Shown here in pieces: positions 46,766 to 61,928 of a stretch of DNA of 64,000 bases (positions within the stretch are counted from its first letter, which is position 1; each line of letters starts with the position of its first letter). The notes under the pieces are model-generated. The model saw nothing but the letters and a program-made list of their open reading frames with translations. It searched no databases and had not been told where the DNA came from. Position numbers and translations under genes: made by a program. Origin of the DNA: Bugula neritina (Eukaryota; Animalia; Bryozoa); contig OZ037767.1 in assembly GCA_964035545.1 (NCBI GenBank), positions 5,410,707 through 5,474,706 on the forward strand, read 5' to 3'.

Positions 46766-48449
46766 CATCAATTATTGGAAAAAATTAGTGTGAGAAATAC
46801 AGAGTGAATTTCAAGGCTGCAGTGCTAAATCATTTAAAATAAAGTGACATAAAAATGTTTGAAATTCTTTGATTTAAATTTAGTAGTGAGCTTAAGTTTT
46901 GACATCTTTTCAAAATGGATCCATTGTTCACATTTTCAATTTTTTAGCCACTATCTAACCAACCTTTAGCTATTTGCATATTAAGCAAACCAGCAATAAC
47001 TATTTGGTTTTAGTCATTATTCACTGAAATATAAAATGTCAGGCTTATAAAATATAATTTTTCAAGAGTAAAAGTTTCCATTAAATATTTGAGGTTTATT
47101 GTCATTTAAAACAAATGAATATCACACTATTTTGATCAATAGAATGTTATAAATAAAAGTAATTCTTCTTATATAGACAGGCTTATAGAAAACTCGAGAT
47201 AAAAATCAGGCTTATATCTTATATGGTAATCCATTGCATTTTCTTAAAACAATTAAATGAGCTGCAATAACACGCTGAAGTTAAAATGGATATTAATTGT
47301 TTTATTATTTAACACACAAATACTTGTTTAAGTAAAAATTTTTGTGACTACATTTTTTATAGTAGTTCACATTAAACAATTTTTTTCTGAAATTCATTTA
47401 AATTATTATAGGGTTATATGAATTTCTCATAAACTAGCTTAATGTCAGTATATAGTGTGAGAACTATACTAATACTTGCAATCCATTATGCTAGCATTGC
47501 CCTATATATAAGGGCTATTGGGAATCTCACTTTTCCAGTTTAAACTTGCAACCCACAGTTTGTAAAAAAGTTTAAGGTCTTAGAACTGAATTATTTTAGT
47601 TACAAGACTGTGAGGTATAGCTGGCTAAAAGATATTATAATTTTGACAAAACTCTTTTAGAGACTGTGCAGGTATAATATCTTTTCTTTCAAAATGTCCT
47701 ACAGTAACCATGGGAAAAAAATGTTACCATGCAGCGACAAGATGTGTTCATCTATTTATGCAATCAAATGCTACAATTGGGAATTGCTTTACAGACATGC
47801 ACAACCAAGCCACCATATTTATTATATAAATGACAATAAAAATGCTTTGTAAACATACAGTAGGTAAACTATCTTAATTACTATTTTTATTGAATTTACT
47901 CATTATATTGCTCTACCTTTACTTGTCTAACGTGTTTTAGGGATAAGTTCAGATCATGAAAATTAGTTTAGATTAAAATTGGTTTATATGTAAATTAATT
48001 TAAAAAAAAATACAATTATTGAGTTTTTACTGCAACATTTAAAGACATTGCTAAGACTTTGTGCACTGCTTAACTGAAAGATCATTATTTGTACAAGAGA
48101 GCACTTATAATTTAATTAATTGAATATCATTTTTCTGGATAAGGTTTGGTAAAACTGCTTAGAAATTCAATTTATTGCATTAAGGTTTATTGTAGCATGT
48201 GTAAGGGAATCATTATATAGCTAGTATTTTTTTGGTTTTTGATATTTTATTTATTTTCTAAGATATTAAAAATTACAATTATAACTATTGTTAAAGAATA
48301 ATTAGTAATTATGTACAATTGTATTTACAAGTTTCAAAATATTGACAAAAGATATGAAAACATTTGCATCAAAACATTTTTTAAAAATTGCAATCTTCTA
48401 TTTTTCTAAGCAAATAATCATAAAGTATTCTATAAAATAACTACTATTT

Positions 48450-48860
48450 TCAATGCTTTGAAGGCATTTTGACAATTGAACTTTCAGAATTCAGTCTACC
48501 GAATGTGATTCTGTTTGGATCTTGGGGGACGACAAACACCTCTGACAGATTGTCTGGTGTTACTTGAATCTCTTTGTTTACTGCTTTTCCTTTTCTGCAG
48601 GGAGCACAGCACGGTGAGAGTTTGTATGTGTAGTATAGGGCTGCAATGAGTAGTGATGCTACGACAAACAGTCCGACAAGTGTAATGGAAATGATTTCGT
48701 GACCTCCGAGAACCATGTGATTTGTTACTGAGTCAACGCTGACGTGTGGAGTAGTGGAATCAGCTATGTTCGAAAAGTCTGAGTTGGTTGCTTGAACTTT
48801 GATTTCATTAGCTAAAGTGGTGGTGATACCAGATAGTAGATGGTGTGATAGCGTGGCCAT
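48450..48860 (-). CDS. Small single-pass membrane protein, orphan family member 2 (136 aa)
   Basis: ATG in AAAATGG context at 48860, acceptor TTTACAG ending 48874. GGHEIISITLVGLFVVASLLIAALYYTYKLSPCCAPCRK aligns without gaps to member 1. Confidence 0.8.
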   Translation of the reverse strand: MATLSHHLLSGITTTLANEIKVQATNSDFSNIADSTTPHVSVDSVTNHMVLGGHEIISITLVGLFVVASLLIAALYYTYKLSPCCAPCRKGKAVNKEIQVTPDNLSEVFVVPQDPNRITFGRLNSESSIVKMPSKH

Positions 48861-48981
48861 TTTATGTATCGTTCTGTAAACATAATGAACAGCAGATGAG
48901 CTAAAAGTGGCTAGCAGCAATATAATATAAAAAAATAATAATTATTCTGTAAATGCCTAAAGAAAAGAGCTAATTACTTAC

Positions 48982-49141
48982 CAGTATTAGGTATATTCCT
49001 AATGTGCAATTTCTTTGCAAGTAGTAATGCTTTAACTAAATAGCAGTATGTAAAACTTCAAATAGACAGTAGGCTTGTGATCTACACTGTGCAGCAGGCA
49101 GAAGCTGTTTGATTCACTGTAGCTTGCTCTCCTGTTTTATA
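48982..49141 (-). promoter_or_regulatory. TATA box and non-coding exon 1 of membrane family member 2
   Basis: Minus strand TATAAAA 49141-49135, TCA with its A at 49110, donor GTAAGT at 48981, 108-nt intron to acceptor 48874. Confidence 0.55.
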
Positions 49142-52100
49142 AGTTGAGCAGTGCGTAAGCTTGACATGGTATTACATCAATAGCTTCCTACAACTTGGCA
49201 CGCTAGTCTATTTGTAACCAAACTCATCAATCTCACGTACAATAGCGTTGACAGTATGAATTGATAGTTTTCTTTGCTCTTTTGATGAGCGGTTGACATT
49301 TAAAGTTAAATGGCACAGCACGGGTGGGGTCTTTTAAGCCATGTGCACAACAATCACTGGTAACTGGATTAATGGTTATAATTGTAAGAAGATTATCTAC
49401 TCTTAAAAATGGAGTGATAATCCAAGGTGTGAGTCACCCACTGAGTGAAATAGGATGTTGCCGAACTCCCAGGTTCTTCTGACAGGGCAAACACTCAGAA
49501 ACAATACTGCATAATAACAAACACTCGGTGCTTATATTGTAATCCTGTTGGACCAAACACACTTTTAAAAAGAAACTACATACTGTGAATTATCCAAACT
49601 AAAATACATTTTATTATGAGTTTTTTAAAGTTCTACAACATTTGAGTTAACATTGTATTTCTGAGAGAACCGTCTTCAAAACGCCTGCACATGAAAATTG
49701 TTTGCATGTTTTCATAACTTTTGTTTTCAAACTATTTTAGGAGACTCGAAATAATGAGCTACTTTTAGGCAGTATAAAAACTTGACACATTGAAAAATAA
49801 TTTCAGTTAAAATAATTTAAATCTCAACGCTGCTAAAACATTATACTTTCACTTAGATGCGTCATGATGAAAATTGTAACATATAAGGCTATATGACTAG
49901 ACAAAGAATTTTACAAAAACTATAAATTATGTTCGCATTTTTTGTCAAGGCTTTACATAAAAACTGTCCAAGAACTTAATAAGTATTATAGCACTGGCTA
50001 AATCCCATCAACACATACCTTATATTACTCACACCACTGGAAGTATTATGACATTATTAGTCAGTATTGAATTGCTGCGGTCAATTTAGGCAAGAATGTA
50101 AATTTTTTATTAGATAATTGCTATAATAGCCAGGTAAAGAAACTTATCTTTTGACCTCGAATTCCGGTCTGAAAACTGCAATTGTGATAGTTAATCTAAT
50201 TTTTTATTAACGACACCCTAAAGATTAGAATTTTATGATTACTCCCCATGCAAAAAGAAACATGTCGGTGAAAGTTTGCTATGGGTAATCTTCTTATAAC
50301 TCTTGTCATTGATCTTGCCAACTTAGACTGTCTATGCAATATAGTATTTTTATATTATGAATGCCTAACCTCTATAGCTAGGTAAATATGGTATGCTCCC
50401 TTTCAACCGCTTGTTTTAATTCGATTGACATGACTCGTATTAAACTAGGCAACAAAACTCTACAAAAGTCAAACTGTTCCTATTTACTAGCTTCTGCGTA
50501 TAAACTTTACTTAGGACTTCATGCAAGTCCCATTTTACATAAAAATATGTCATAAGCAAGCATTTGGGGATAAACCATTTATTTTGTATCCACCTCAGGA
50601 AATTTGACGCAAAAGAACATTTGCTTGTTTGTGCGTTTTCATTTTTATGAAAAATTTTGTTAATGCATGAAAAAAAAACTTTCTAGAAAATATTACAATA
50701 ACCTGGCAATTGGCTATACAGTACAAACTTCTATTGTTACTGGCTGTAACAAGTAAATGCTAAATATATGCTCCCTTCAAAAATTTATTTTTACACAAAA
50801 GTGTTATTGCCAATTTGGCTTTAATATGTAAAATTCCAAGTCAATTTGATTGTTTATTGTTTTCCCACGAATCAGCCATATAGCATTGAGGCATGAAAAA
50901 AGAGTTGATGTGTTTTCCTTGCTCGCTATAAAATTTTTAATTTTTTAGTTTTCAACTTTAATTGCATTATCCATTGATTATTTTCAAAGAGAGACTAGGT
51001 TCTATACACTAATCAAGCTCCATCCTCACCATCCTTAGTTAGTGGTGCGCTGCTACGTACCAAAGCTGCCTGCATGTATAAGTAAATGCCATCAATAATT
51101 GTCAGCTAGTGGCAGTAGCAACTGGTGGTCGCTAAGTGCTACTGCTACTATTTTCTCATAGAAATTTCGCATAACATCCTACTTTGAGCGGTAGATTTTG
51201 AAAATTGCAGCCAATAATCAACCTTAATAACTTTGTAATCAACCTTAACAGAAGCAGCTTTGCATATTTATTGATTTCTGTTTGTTTAAAAGTTACCACT
51301 ATCTGTTGCAACACTCTTTGTTAGAAGCATGAGAAATGTAGTTTAAGCCTTTGTTGAGTTCAGATGGAGGTAATCGGAGCTTGATGCTTTTTAAATCTTT
51401 AAGCACCCTTTCCATCTCACCTCACCCCAGCAACACAACTTACATGAGCCAGGCACCAGCTTCAAGAGAGATCATTGCTTATATATAGAATCCGTTATTG
51501 TTTTAAGCCAAAGACTACGTGTTCTAGTCTTTATAAAAACACCTATACACTCTACAAAATATATTTCATAGCTTTGGTCATTTCTGTTGGATCAACATAC
51601 TTTTTTCATCACAAATCTATTTTATATTAGTAAGAGAGTGACCAAACGAACAAAAAATTATTTTATATTTTCAATAGTTAGATAGATCAGTTCTATTAGT
51701 AAAATCATTTTGTTTTGAAGTGCGATATTAAAAGAGTTAAATAGAAACACTGTTATTTTAAATCCTTCTGCTTGAAACATTCATTCATTTATAAAAATTC
51801 AGGCCAACTGCAGTAAAAATAATCAAGAGCATTTACTGCTGCTTGTAACAATTAAAGTGGATTGCGTAGTAAATGAGCAAATAGTTCATTGTTCACTGAC
51901 AGCACTTACTATTATAATAACTGATTACTTTACAATCAAGCACATTCTGATATAGCACTCAAAATGATGACATAGAAAGATGAGCATCGACTCTTCACAT
52001 TATGAGTAAAACAGATATACACACTTAGCCAGGACACAACACTGCTCCTTTCATCTAAAATCTTCTCAAACTTATTGAAGTGAATTCTTTAGAGCGAAAT

Positions 52101-54740
52101 ATTCAGTGTTGATTAGAATAAACAAAAGCACAATAGTTTCTTACGCTGTATTTTCACCATTGTTCAGTGAATTAATTAAATTACTTTATGCTGTTGTTTT
52201 TCTAGCTTTAAACTGACAATACGCCACACCCCCCCCCCCAAACAAACTTGCAGTATAATATAAAAGTCACGCTTAGTAGAGTATGTTAATTTTCTTTGAT
52301 TTTGCTATTTTCTTACTTGGGCAATGCCTCACAGAAAAAAATTTATTGGAATTTCTTTTTAAGTGCTCATTGCATTGCTGTAAAAGATTGTCACCAAAAC
52401 TGTGTGTGAACCATCTCACGTTTTAATTACTGGTTATTAGCTACGTGAGGAAAATCACTTTTCATAAGGCTTTGGGCCAAAAGTGTCTCTAATATGCCAT
52501 ATTTAGTTATAATTAAGCAGCAAGCCGTATGGCCATTATAACTTTTTCCAATATAAAAGTATTTTGGCCGTAAAACCCAAGTGTCTTTCAAAGTGGCAAT
52601 TGTGTGAATAATTTAGCTCGTCAAGGTGCAATTTATATCGAGGCATTACATTAGTGCACACTGTTGTCGTTTTGTGTTTCAGATGTTCTTCTTAGATTGC
52701 CAATTATTATATCCTAAACCATCCATCAACTCAGTTAAAGGTTTCAGAGTTGCGTCTGATCCAAGCTCCACTAAGTAACTGCATGCCTACAGTGTTTAGT
52801 AACTTCCTGCAGATTTGCCAGTGCCTAGATCTTCTCAGCCCTCCAAATACTCAGCGAAACTGTTACTTGCAACCAAATTACACGAAACGTCATTAGAAAG
52901 TTGCTAAAGAATAGGCTATGCATGCTAAATTATTGACTGAAAAATTTACTATTACTGATTGTCAGATGAACGATGTTTGTTTAATTTCAGCATTTTCATA
53001 TATATTGAAAACAATTTTTTATTTATAGTTCACTACCCTTTATAGTAGTTTACTTTATTAGTTAGAATAACTTCTTAAGCAAAACAGCTAAGTATAAATC
53101 GACAAGAAAGCTTTTTATATGTATACTTGTTCTTTGCACAAAATATGTGATATCCCAGTTTTAGTCGCTCGTTGCCAGAGCAGCAGCTGTTGAGATGCTT
53201 AGACCAATTGCTTTGTAGAAGTAAATGTTCACATTGATATGCTTATTTGTATCTTATAATATTATTCCTAAAGTGTAAACTAGGATGCATGTATTGGATT
53301 GCGGAAGACAATGTAGGCCGGAAAATGTACGTTCTCAAACTTTAATGGGAGAGAGTTGGTGGCAGTGAAGAGTCCACATTAACAATATGTTAATCAGTAT
53401 GCGTCCTTTGTCAGGCTTCAATCCCACGTTATGAATAAATCATCAAACAACAAAATGTGGAATATATAAATGGATTACTACAAACGATGTTTATCTGTAA
53501 AATTTTATTGGCTGTGATAAATAGCCCACTTTAAATTTGAGTGAGTAACTTTCAAGTTAAAAATATAATATTTTTACAAGGAAATATTCCCTATTAAAAA
53601 TGCAATGGATTGTTAACTGACAAAGTCATTGCATTATAACTGTTGGGAAGTGCAACTACTATCTGCTTTGGAAATCCTTCCTGGTAAATCTATTCATATA
53701 CACTGTTTATCTGATCAAAAAATGTTGAATCATTTAAACAAATAAATGATAATAAATTTGTGTATTTAAAGAGTTTGTGAGGCTGTCATTATAAAGTGGC
53801 TTATTTTACTAGTATACAGTTTCGTAAGCTGCAACTGTTCACTAACACAATATATGCATAAGATAATGTTTCTTTTTACTTTCTCCAATTTTACAGCTCT
53901 TAACATTGACATTTTTAAAGAATATTAAGGATGCTTTAAAGGCATCTAGAGCTGTGATATATGCAGCCAAGAAAGTCGATTTGGCAAATAGCAGCTGTTA
54001 AAATATGCAGCTGTTTGCCTGTTTTATGTTAAACATAATACACATTGTCAGCCTTTTGCAAAAAGCATGAGCTTCAGGTTGCATAATATTAATCTTAAAC
54101 AGTTTCTAGTTCACTCAAGTCGTAAGTAATAAGTTATACCTGGAAGTTTATTTTGTCAGCTTGATTGAGAAAAACATAAAAACTACCCAAAACTTTGGTC
54201 GCTTCTTTGTTAACTTCTCTTTCATAATGACAAAGCAAAAAATTTATAGGTAGACTATTTTCAGAACCTCTCAGCTTGACATAAACATGAATATGCAACA
54301 TATGATGATGATTCATACAAGGCAAACTGGTAGGTCACACGCCTGAGTGATGTGAAATCATTGTTAAAAGAGGTAATATGATTGGTTGCTTTAGAGTTGC
54401 CTCAAAGTACATGTCTATGTTTTATATTTGAACTTAGTTATATCAGGGTCTATAAATTTTATGAAATAAAAATGAGTAATGCTAATACTAACTCTAAAGT
54501 GATTGATATGCATCATTGTCTGACGTAGCATCACCTTATGAAGGAAGCCTTACTAATGCTCACACTGATGTTACAATAGATGTACTAACACCTTTTGAAT
54601 GAAGCATTTTTATTATCAATAGTAATACTTTAATACGCAAGCAATGTTTTTGTGGTAGCATTCTTAGGCTAATTATTCATTGTTATATGGGTGTTACCGA
54701 GTAAACTAATAAACTGACAGTATATTATGTATCTACCAAA

Positions 54741-54800
54741 ATCATCACTGCATCTGACAGATGATTCATAATCATTACTGTACTTGGCAGATGACTCATA
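54741..54800. repeat. Imperfect 30-bp tandem duplication
   Basis: ATCATCACTGCATCTGACAGATGATTCATA followed by ATCATTACTGTACTTGGCAGATGACTCATA. Confidence 0.7.
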
Positions 54801-57083
54801 AGTCTTAACATTTAGATATTTCACTGTTAGGTCAGTTAAACCAACACAGACCAACTATTCATTTACTTCTTCTTCTATAAGTAAAACATGTGCATGTAAC
54901 ATGCTGCAATCAAACCGGACTTCAAATAACTTTACATTGACTCTCAAAAAGTCACACGTCTTGGCAGCTAAGATATGCAAATAGCCTTCTTGTCTTTTAT
55001 TTACCTGTTTAACTGCACAAAGCAGTTGGCAATGTCTGTGCATATATCTTCACAGAAGAAAGGAAGCTATGTGAAAGACAAGAGTTCGACAATTACGTAA
55101 ATGTTTCTTACAAAAGCTAAAAGGATGTTGTGCTTTGGCATGAATGTAATAAACAGCGCCATGGTTCTTTGGCATAGTTATGTGTTTTTTTTGTTTTCTG
55201 TAACTTTAAACTAAACTTGCTCAAACAATGAGTTATGTAATTTTGTTCTCTGTATGGTGTTAATTACAAAAAGGCAATTACCTATAACGATAATAGTTAC
55301 AATGGTGATTGTAAATACACCACAAAACCAAAATCGATAATTAAATAACATTATTTCATTGAAACATAATTCTGGAATTAAATATTTTGGTACAATTTTC
55401 TTGAGATTCATTATCTTGACTCATTCTGCTTCACTTTTTGCTTCAAATATGATTTCATAATCTATAATCTATGACAATTACTCAGCCTACTTTGTTGAAG
55501 GACCACATGAATGACTAATTCACATAGCTGACCCCAAGCTGTGCAGTTGACAAGGATAATAAGTGATTCAAAAGATGAAACATCTCACTTTGCTGCTTAA
55601 AAGCTATAATAATCTAGTATTACAATAATATGGTAATTGAATTGAATCATTTGGATAATTAATTTAGATGTAATCATTCAACATGTGCAAGCAACCCTAA
55701 TTGAAGCAAAATGGTAACTATACTGTTTGACTTGTAGTATCAAAATCCGTATCGAACTATGTTACCTTATAATTCAGCAAGTCACTGGAATTGTGAAAAA
55801 CTACAGAAAAAGCTATTTGAAGTTGCTTAAGTTTATGTTTTCAAAAAAGGCAACTTTGCAATTTTGTGCAATGTAGGAACGTATGCAATACATTAAATGA
55901 TTGGATATACTTTAATAGCCTGGTATATATGAAACAGCAAGATCTGTGTTGTGAAAACTACTTTCAATCTCTACTATTGGTAGCTCTTACATCTGACGGT
56001 GTTATTATGTTTATGTCAACTATAAAGTCAATACTGTGTGTAGGCTATAAATAAAATCATATAATTTTCCTTGAATATTATTTGCATAATAATTAAGAAA
56101 GCTCTTATTGCAAAAACCTAATAAATTATAACTTACCAAATTCCTCTCGTATTAAATATTATACCTATTAAACTGGACTAAAGTAAAAAGTATTTCAAAA
56201 TACTTTTTTCTACCAGAAAATTGTTATAAAAAATATGTTTTTTGCATGAAAATACTCTTCCTGGAATTATAAAATAATGGATATGTTTACTGTAGTATTT
56301 TGATGCATAGTAACTAATTTTGTGTATTGAAAAAGTGTAACTCGTTGCAAATAACCTGAAGTAATGTGCTCCTATACTGATGGCTTATAATATATTATTA
56401 TGCACAAAAATGTTACTCAGTGTTTTCCTTCTTTTACAAAGAATGTGTTATAAAAATTATATTAATAGCATATGGCGCATAGGTTTAAGCAAGTGCTTTT
56501 CAAAAAAACAATTTCAGGAAATCCTTAAAACTAAAGGATTGTATATACCAAGTTTATTAGTTTGAAATTAACAATTAAAATTTAGAGACCAGCTTCTACT
56601 TTAAGTATTTGAAAAGCAATCCTGAGACTAAAGTCTATGGAAAATTCTCAAAGATGGCAGTAGAATGATTTAATTGGTAGTTCATGGCTAGAAAAAAAAC
56701 TGTTTACTAATCTGAACTTTTGTTTAAAACAATATATGTTTTTTGTTGTAGCTTATAATTAGAAAATATGGTACATTCTCCAAAAGGATATACAAAGACA
56801 TATTCACATTACTCACACCATTCAACTCCTGGCCAGTATGCAAAGTGTGCCTTGCTCGTTGGCCAGATTTTCTTTAAAGCATGACGTCAATGGCAAACTT
56901 TTTCTCGCTGAAATTGTGCATGTTTGGCGAGTAAGAAGCAAATTTTTAAATATACTGGGGGTCATTCCACTACATGCTGATTTTTGTAACTGTAATGCTT
57001 TACCTCTTCATCACAAGCTTTCAGAGATTTTTTGTACAATAGAGTTAGCTAACAAAATTTGAGCTTACGCACACAACACTGCG

Positions 57084-57209
<126 letters not shown>

Positions 57210-58365
57210 AGTTATGTAATTTTATTTTTGCATCATATTAGAATATTTTGTTTATCTAAGCTGAAGTTAAAGCCCAACATATTATTGTGCAGTTATATGA
57301 TCAGAGCCTGCTTTTATAAAAACAAATCACTTAACTGGCAGTTGGATGTTTTCAAAAATGCAGTTTTGGTTATCAAAATTACCTTAAAAATTATTAGAAA
57401 CAGGATTATTTTTGATTATGTTCTCTTTTTGTTTATCATTTCTTAATTTCTATGATGAATGAACTGATAGATTTGGTTACTCATAATCGGTTGGTAAATT
57501 TTCAGTTTGCGGTGAATGTAAAGCTTGGCTAAGCTACCAAAACAATACTGCATGGTAATAAACATATTAATATGAGTCAATTTACAAACAAAGAATATAT
57601 TATTTCCTTGTTTGACAAAACTTTTTATGACAAATCTATGAGTTTTACATGGATAATCTAAGTTTAACTTGCACTATAAGTATGTTATATATACACAGTG
57701 AAACTAGTCATGACAATATAGTTTTCAAAAATATTACAATTTGCTATAAATCAAATAATTTCCCTCGAGTTTGCAAATATATGTTGTGCTTTACTCAAAG
57801 TGATTCTTGGTATCAAATTTGCTGCTTTTAAGGAGTTGCCTCACTATATCTACTAAATTTTGCAAAGTGGATAAGATCACTTTGACCTCTGTGATGAGAA
57901 CTGTATATTCATATGGCTGATTTAGTAAACTTTTGTGCTGACTTTCAACTTAAGCCTATATAAACTGGAAAGGTGTAAAAATTTTTTATATTTTTTCCTT
58001 AAGTTATTGAAAAATAATATTGCAGCTATTCAGTCTCCTTCATTCTTATATGGTGATATTGTTATGAAAGGCCCAAATTTTAAAACCAATATTTTGGCAT
58101 TTTTTGTTTCAAAACTGGGATATTTTATTTGATTTTTTTACATTTCTTATTTCTTTTTATCTTATGGTATAATGAGATATAAATTACTTACTTAACTCCT
58201 GTGCCTGTTCAAATCAGCATCATATCTGGGTTGATGTGTGTTAGCTAATGCACACATATAGTTTTATATATGCATATAAGCAAAATATGTGTTTTAGATA
58301 ATATAATAAATTACAAATAATACTACAAGTCTTATATTACTTTGTGTTATAATTGGAAGGAAAAG

Positions 58366-58445
58366 AAGAAGATAACTACCAACATGCGACCTCCAGCATT
58401 ATAATATTATAATGCTGGTGGTCGCATGTTGGTAGTTATCTTCTT
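58366..58445. repeat. 80-bp spacerless palindrome (one mismatch)
   Basis: AAGAAGATAACTACCAACATGCGACCTCCAGCATTATAAT is followed directly by ATTATAATGCTGGTGGTCGCATGTTGGTAGTTATCTTCTT; 39 of 40 positions pair. Confidence 0.95.
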
Positions 58446-59046
58446 ATTCTTTATAGATTCTATTAAACAAAGAATAATTATACTCTATAGAATATATCTG
58501 TCCATGCCTGTGTGTGTATTAAATATTAAATGTGTTGATAGACAATGTTAATAAGTACAATAGCCACATTTTAGTTAAAATAATTTTTTTCATCTTCACA
58601 TGTTTACAATACTGTTATGAAATAAAGAAATAAAAAGATGAAAAAATTATTTTTAAAATTTATTCAATTTATACATAAATTGCAGACAATCATATATTCC
58701 TATTTTCAATTGAAAAGTTGTAAATATAAGTCATTGTATCAAAGCTGAACATTGTTGTTGGAATATGATTATTTTAGGCTCCCTAACAAATGTTATCTCA
58801 GAGTTTGCCATCACATCTGTATAGATTCAAATAAATAAATTCGCATGCTCTAAATCTATTTTCAATTAAGCAATAAAACCCTAAATTGTACCTTCATATT
58901 TTTATTATAACTATACAAATTATTAGCTTTAATTGAATATAACGAAGTTCAAAAATTTTATTGCAATGTGATCAAAGATAATGCAACTCCAACTTCATCA
59001 TTAGTAGATACATTATAAAAACAATTATGTGTCTCATATTTATTAG

Positions 59047-59262
59047 GAGCAGCAGTGGTCTAGAGGTTAAAGTGCTTGCCCAGTAAACACAAAGTCATGG
59101 GTTCAAACCCCAACAAAGGCCATTGGTGATGTTAGGAAGAGCATACAGCCATAATTGCTCCTGTGCCCCATCTGAATAAGTCCTTAGCCCGATTTAACAA
59201 AAACCCTTTTCATCAGAGATTTTCTTATGGGATGGCGACTATAAACTTGCGTGAGTATTTTT
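59047..59262 (+). mobile_element. tRNA-derived SINE, copy 2
   Basis: A box TGGTCTAGAGG, B box GGTTCAAACCC, colinear over ~215 bp with copy 1, ends in TTTTT. Confidence 0.85.
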
Positions 59263-59791
59263 AAGTATCTTATATTTATATGTGATAGAATAGTACTATA
59301 AATAAAATGGTCACAATGATATTAAAGTATTTGGCAAGTCATACAATGAGACTTGCATACTGCAATCTCTGTTATCAACAAGTACAACGTGACAATATTT
59401 CAAACTCTTTCACACAGGTATAACAATCATTTATTTGTCTGCTGCATATTATATTTTTATTCTAGAAAAATCAACTAGCTCGTAATATTGTATGCATGCT
59501 TACATTTGCTAATAAAGAAATTATGAGAATTGCTCGTGGACTCAACTTGTCAGCCTAAGTAATAAGGTATAATAATATGAGGCATAATATATATTGAATA
59601 ATTTTGTTAAATATAATACATTCAACTAACTTCTGTATGTGTTGAATAAAAAAGAGTCTGATTTATGCGTGTTCGTTGAATTTCCATGGCATAAAACTTA
59701 CAAAGTATAACATATCGCATCAATAAAATGCAGTTTTCCTTCCAGATCCAATTTTTAAAAGGTACTTATTACATAAATAAACAGCTGGACT

Positions 59792-60103
59792 CTACAAGAC
59801 TTCTCTCCAGTATTCTATATCTGTCATAGTTTTACCAACAATAGACTGAGATTCATTGGGTGGAGGTGTAACTTCTAGCCTATCAGATGTGGGCTTACAT
59901 TTACAACAGAAATTGTGCTTGCATGCAAAAAATATGGCTAATGATATTACAATTAATAGACCGATAATTGTTACAAAGACTACATAGTAGGCTCCCAGTG
60001 ATAAATAGTTGAGTTTCTGTGCCTCAGTAGTTGTGTCATAGTCTATTGTAGGTATATATGTTGAAGTTGTCTTTTCATTCAGTATATTGACATCGGTGGC
60101 CAT
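59792..60103 (-). CDS. Small single-pass membrane protein, orphan family member 3 (103 aa, more divergent)
   Basis: ATG lies 2 nt after a TTTTAG acceptor. T-rich N-terminus with DTTT as in member 1, LG before the TM (VVFVTIIGLLIVISLAIFFA), then CKHNFCCKCK, and EVTP like QVTP of member 2. Confidence 0.72.
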   Translation of the reverse strand: MATDVNILNEKTTSTYIPTIDYDTTTEAQKLNYLSLGAYYVVFVTIIGLLIVISLAIFFACKHNFCCKCKPTSDRLEVTPPPNESQSIVGKTMTDIEYWREVL

Positions 60104-61928
60104 TTCTAAAATGTAAGTTATAATAATGTTAGTGTATTGAGTATTTGAAACTCATTAAAAGGTTTGAGGTTTTTTTTAAAAAGAAATTCCAAAATATTCA
60201 AGTGCATTGCACTCTGAAGAAATAAAGTGTAAGAATTGAAATTTGCTGTAGCTTAAACTTTATTATTGATATAAAAAAGTAGGAATTCCTTGTTTTGACT
60301 ACAGATAGCATTCTGCAGATTGTTGTGTAAATGAAACACAACACCCTCATAACTGGAGAGTAACAGAAATAGCAACAAAAACATGTTTATTGATAAGTAA
60401 TGTTTATGACTATAATTGGAGTGAGCTATTCAGAGTGTATTCATTCAGTTACAATTCCATGCAGAAACTAGCTTTTTATTATCAAACTTAAAAGGTCACA
60501 AGAACACTAAGTTAATCACATTAGCTGTAGTCTTCCTTGTAGCTATGAATTTTTTCTAATTAAAAAGGCTAGATATTCATTATTTAGTAGAGTCAATTGA
60601 GTTATAGCCAATAAGTATTTTTCCTTTATTTTAAATGGTAAGCAATGCTAGTCACCTTAGAGATGATTTCATGACTTAGCTTGACCAAAATATATATATA
60701 TATATATATAGACAGACATTTTATTATTTGCTGTCATATAAACCAGAAGTGTCTATAACTTTGGAAAGTTGATATATATATAATAGCGCAAGCAGTTGGA
60801 CCATGAAGCATATTGTTTTTCTTTTACATGCCTTTAAAATCAGGTGTAGAATTAAAAATTTTAATTAATTACATGACCCACAGTATAGTTAGGATGTTGA
60901 GTTAGAGGCAGAAAATGACAGAAATGACTATAAAACTAATTAGCTAGTGTCATTGTAGCTTTGGAATCTTGAAAAGTAATAAATAGAAAAATATAATCAA
61001 CTTGGTGGAAGCTATAAATATCTAAAATAACTAAAACTCGTACAGACACTTGGTTAATTTCCTCAGCTCTTGGAGGAAGAAATTATTTCTTTGAGCTTTA
61101 ATTACCATAAAAAGTATCCGTATTTTATACAAACATTGGTGTGAGTTGTCACATGCTGCAAATTTGTAACAAGTATAGCTGACCATGGGAGCAGTTGTTA
61201 TATAGTAGTAAAAGTAGACATAAAATTAAAATTATGAAGAGATTGCAGCTAGTTTTTCAGGTTTAGGTTTTGGCAGGTTGACTTTTAAAAATTCTTTTCT
61301 TGTATAAAGAGCAAGTGGAGAATTCAAAAATAATAAATTTTGTTCAATTACCGATAAATTTTAGCAATCAGCTTTTCAATTAAAACTAATACAACAGAAC
61401 TATAGATGTCCACTGAATACACCTACAATACAGCCAATAAAGGTGCCAAATACCAGCCATTTACACTATACCAGTGGCATATGTAAATTATAAAACACTA
61501 CACTTTGAGTTTATTGCCCACCCTAAGCCATCATTATTTTTCAATGTATTTTAATTAATTCCAAAGAAGGGTCATTGAATCCTCTTTAACTCTTTTTTAA
61601 ATATTGTTTGGGGATTGTAGAGCCACAAGTGGTGATAACGCTTAAATATAATCAGGATAACTGTCAAACCTAAACACTACAACAAATGAATAATGAAAGG
61701 CTAATTGTGTTTAATTCTGTGCCCATTCAAATTTTTACCCCATAATATTTTTGGGTTTATGTTCCAGAAAACACACTAGATAAAGCTGATTAATTCAATG
61801 TAATGCTCTACAAAACTCTATAATTTTGTTCTAGTTGAATTGCAAAATGTATAGTCTTTTTAGCTAATTACAATAATTTAAGCAATTTACACCAAAAATC
61901 CAACTCTTCATATCCAAGTTTAACTTAC

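Noticed and set aside
52850-52895. CGAAAC / GAAACGTC motifs suggesting a second hammerhead
   Set aside because: No upstream CUGANGA core or matching stems.
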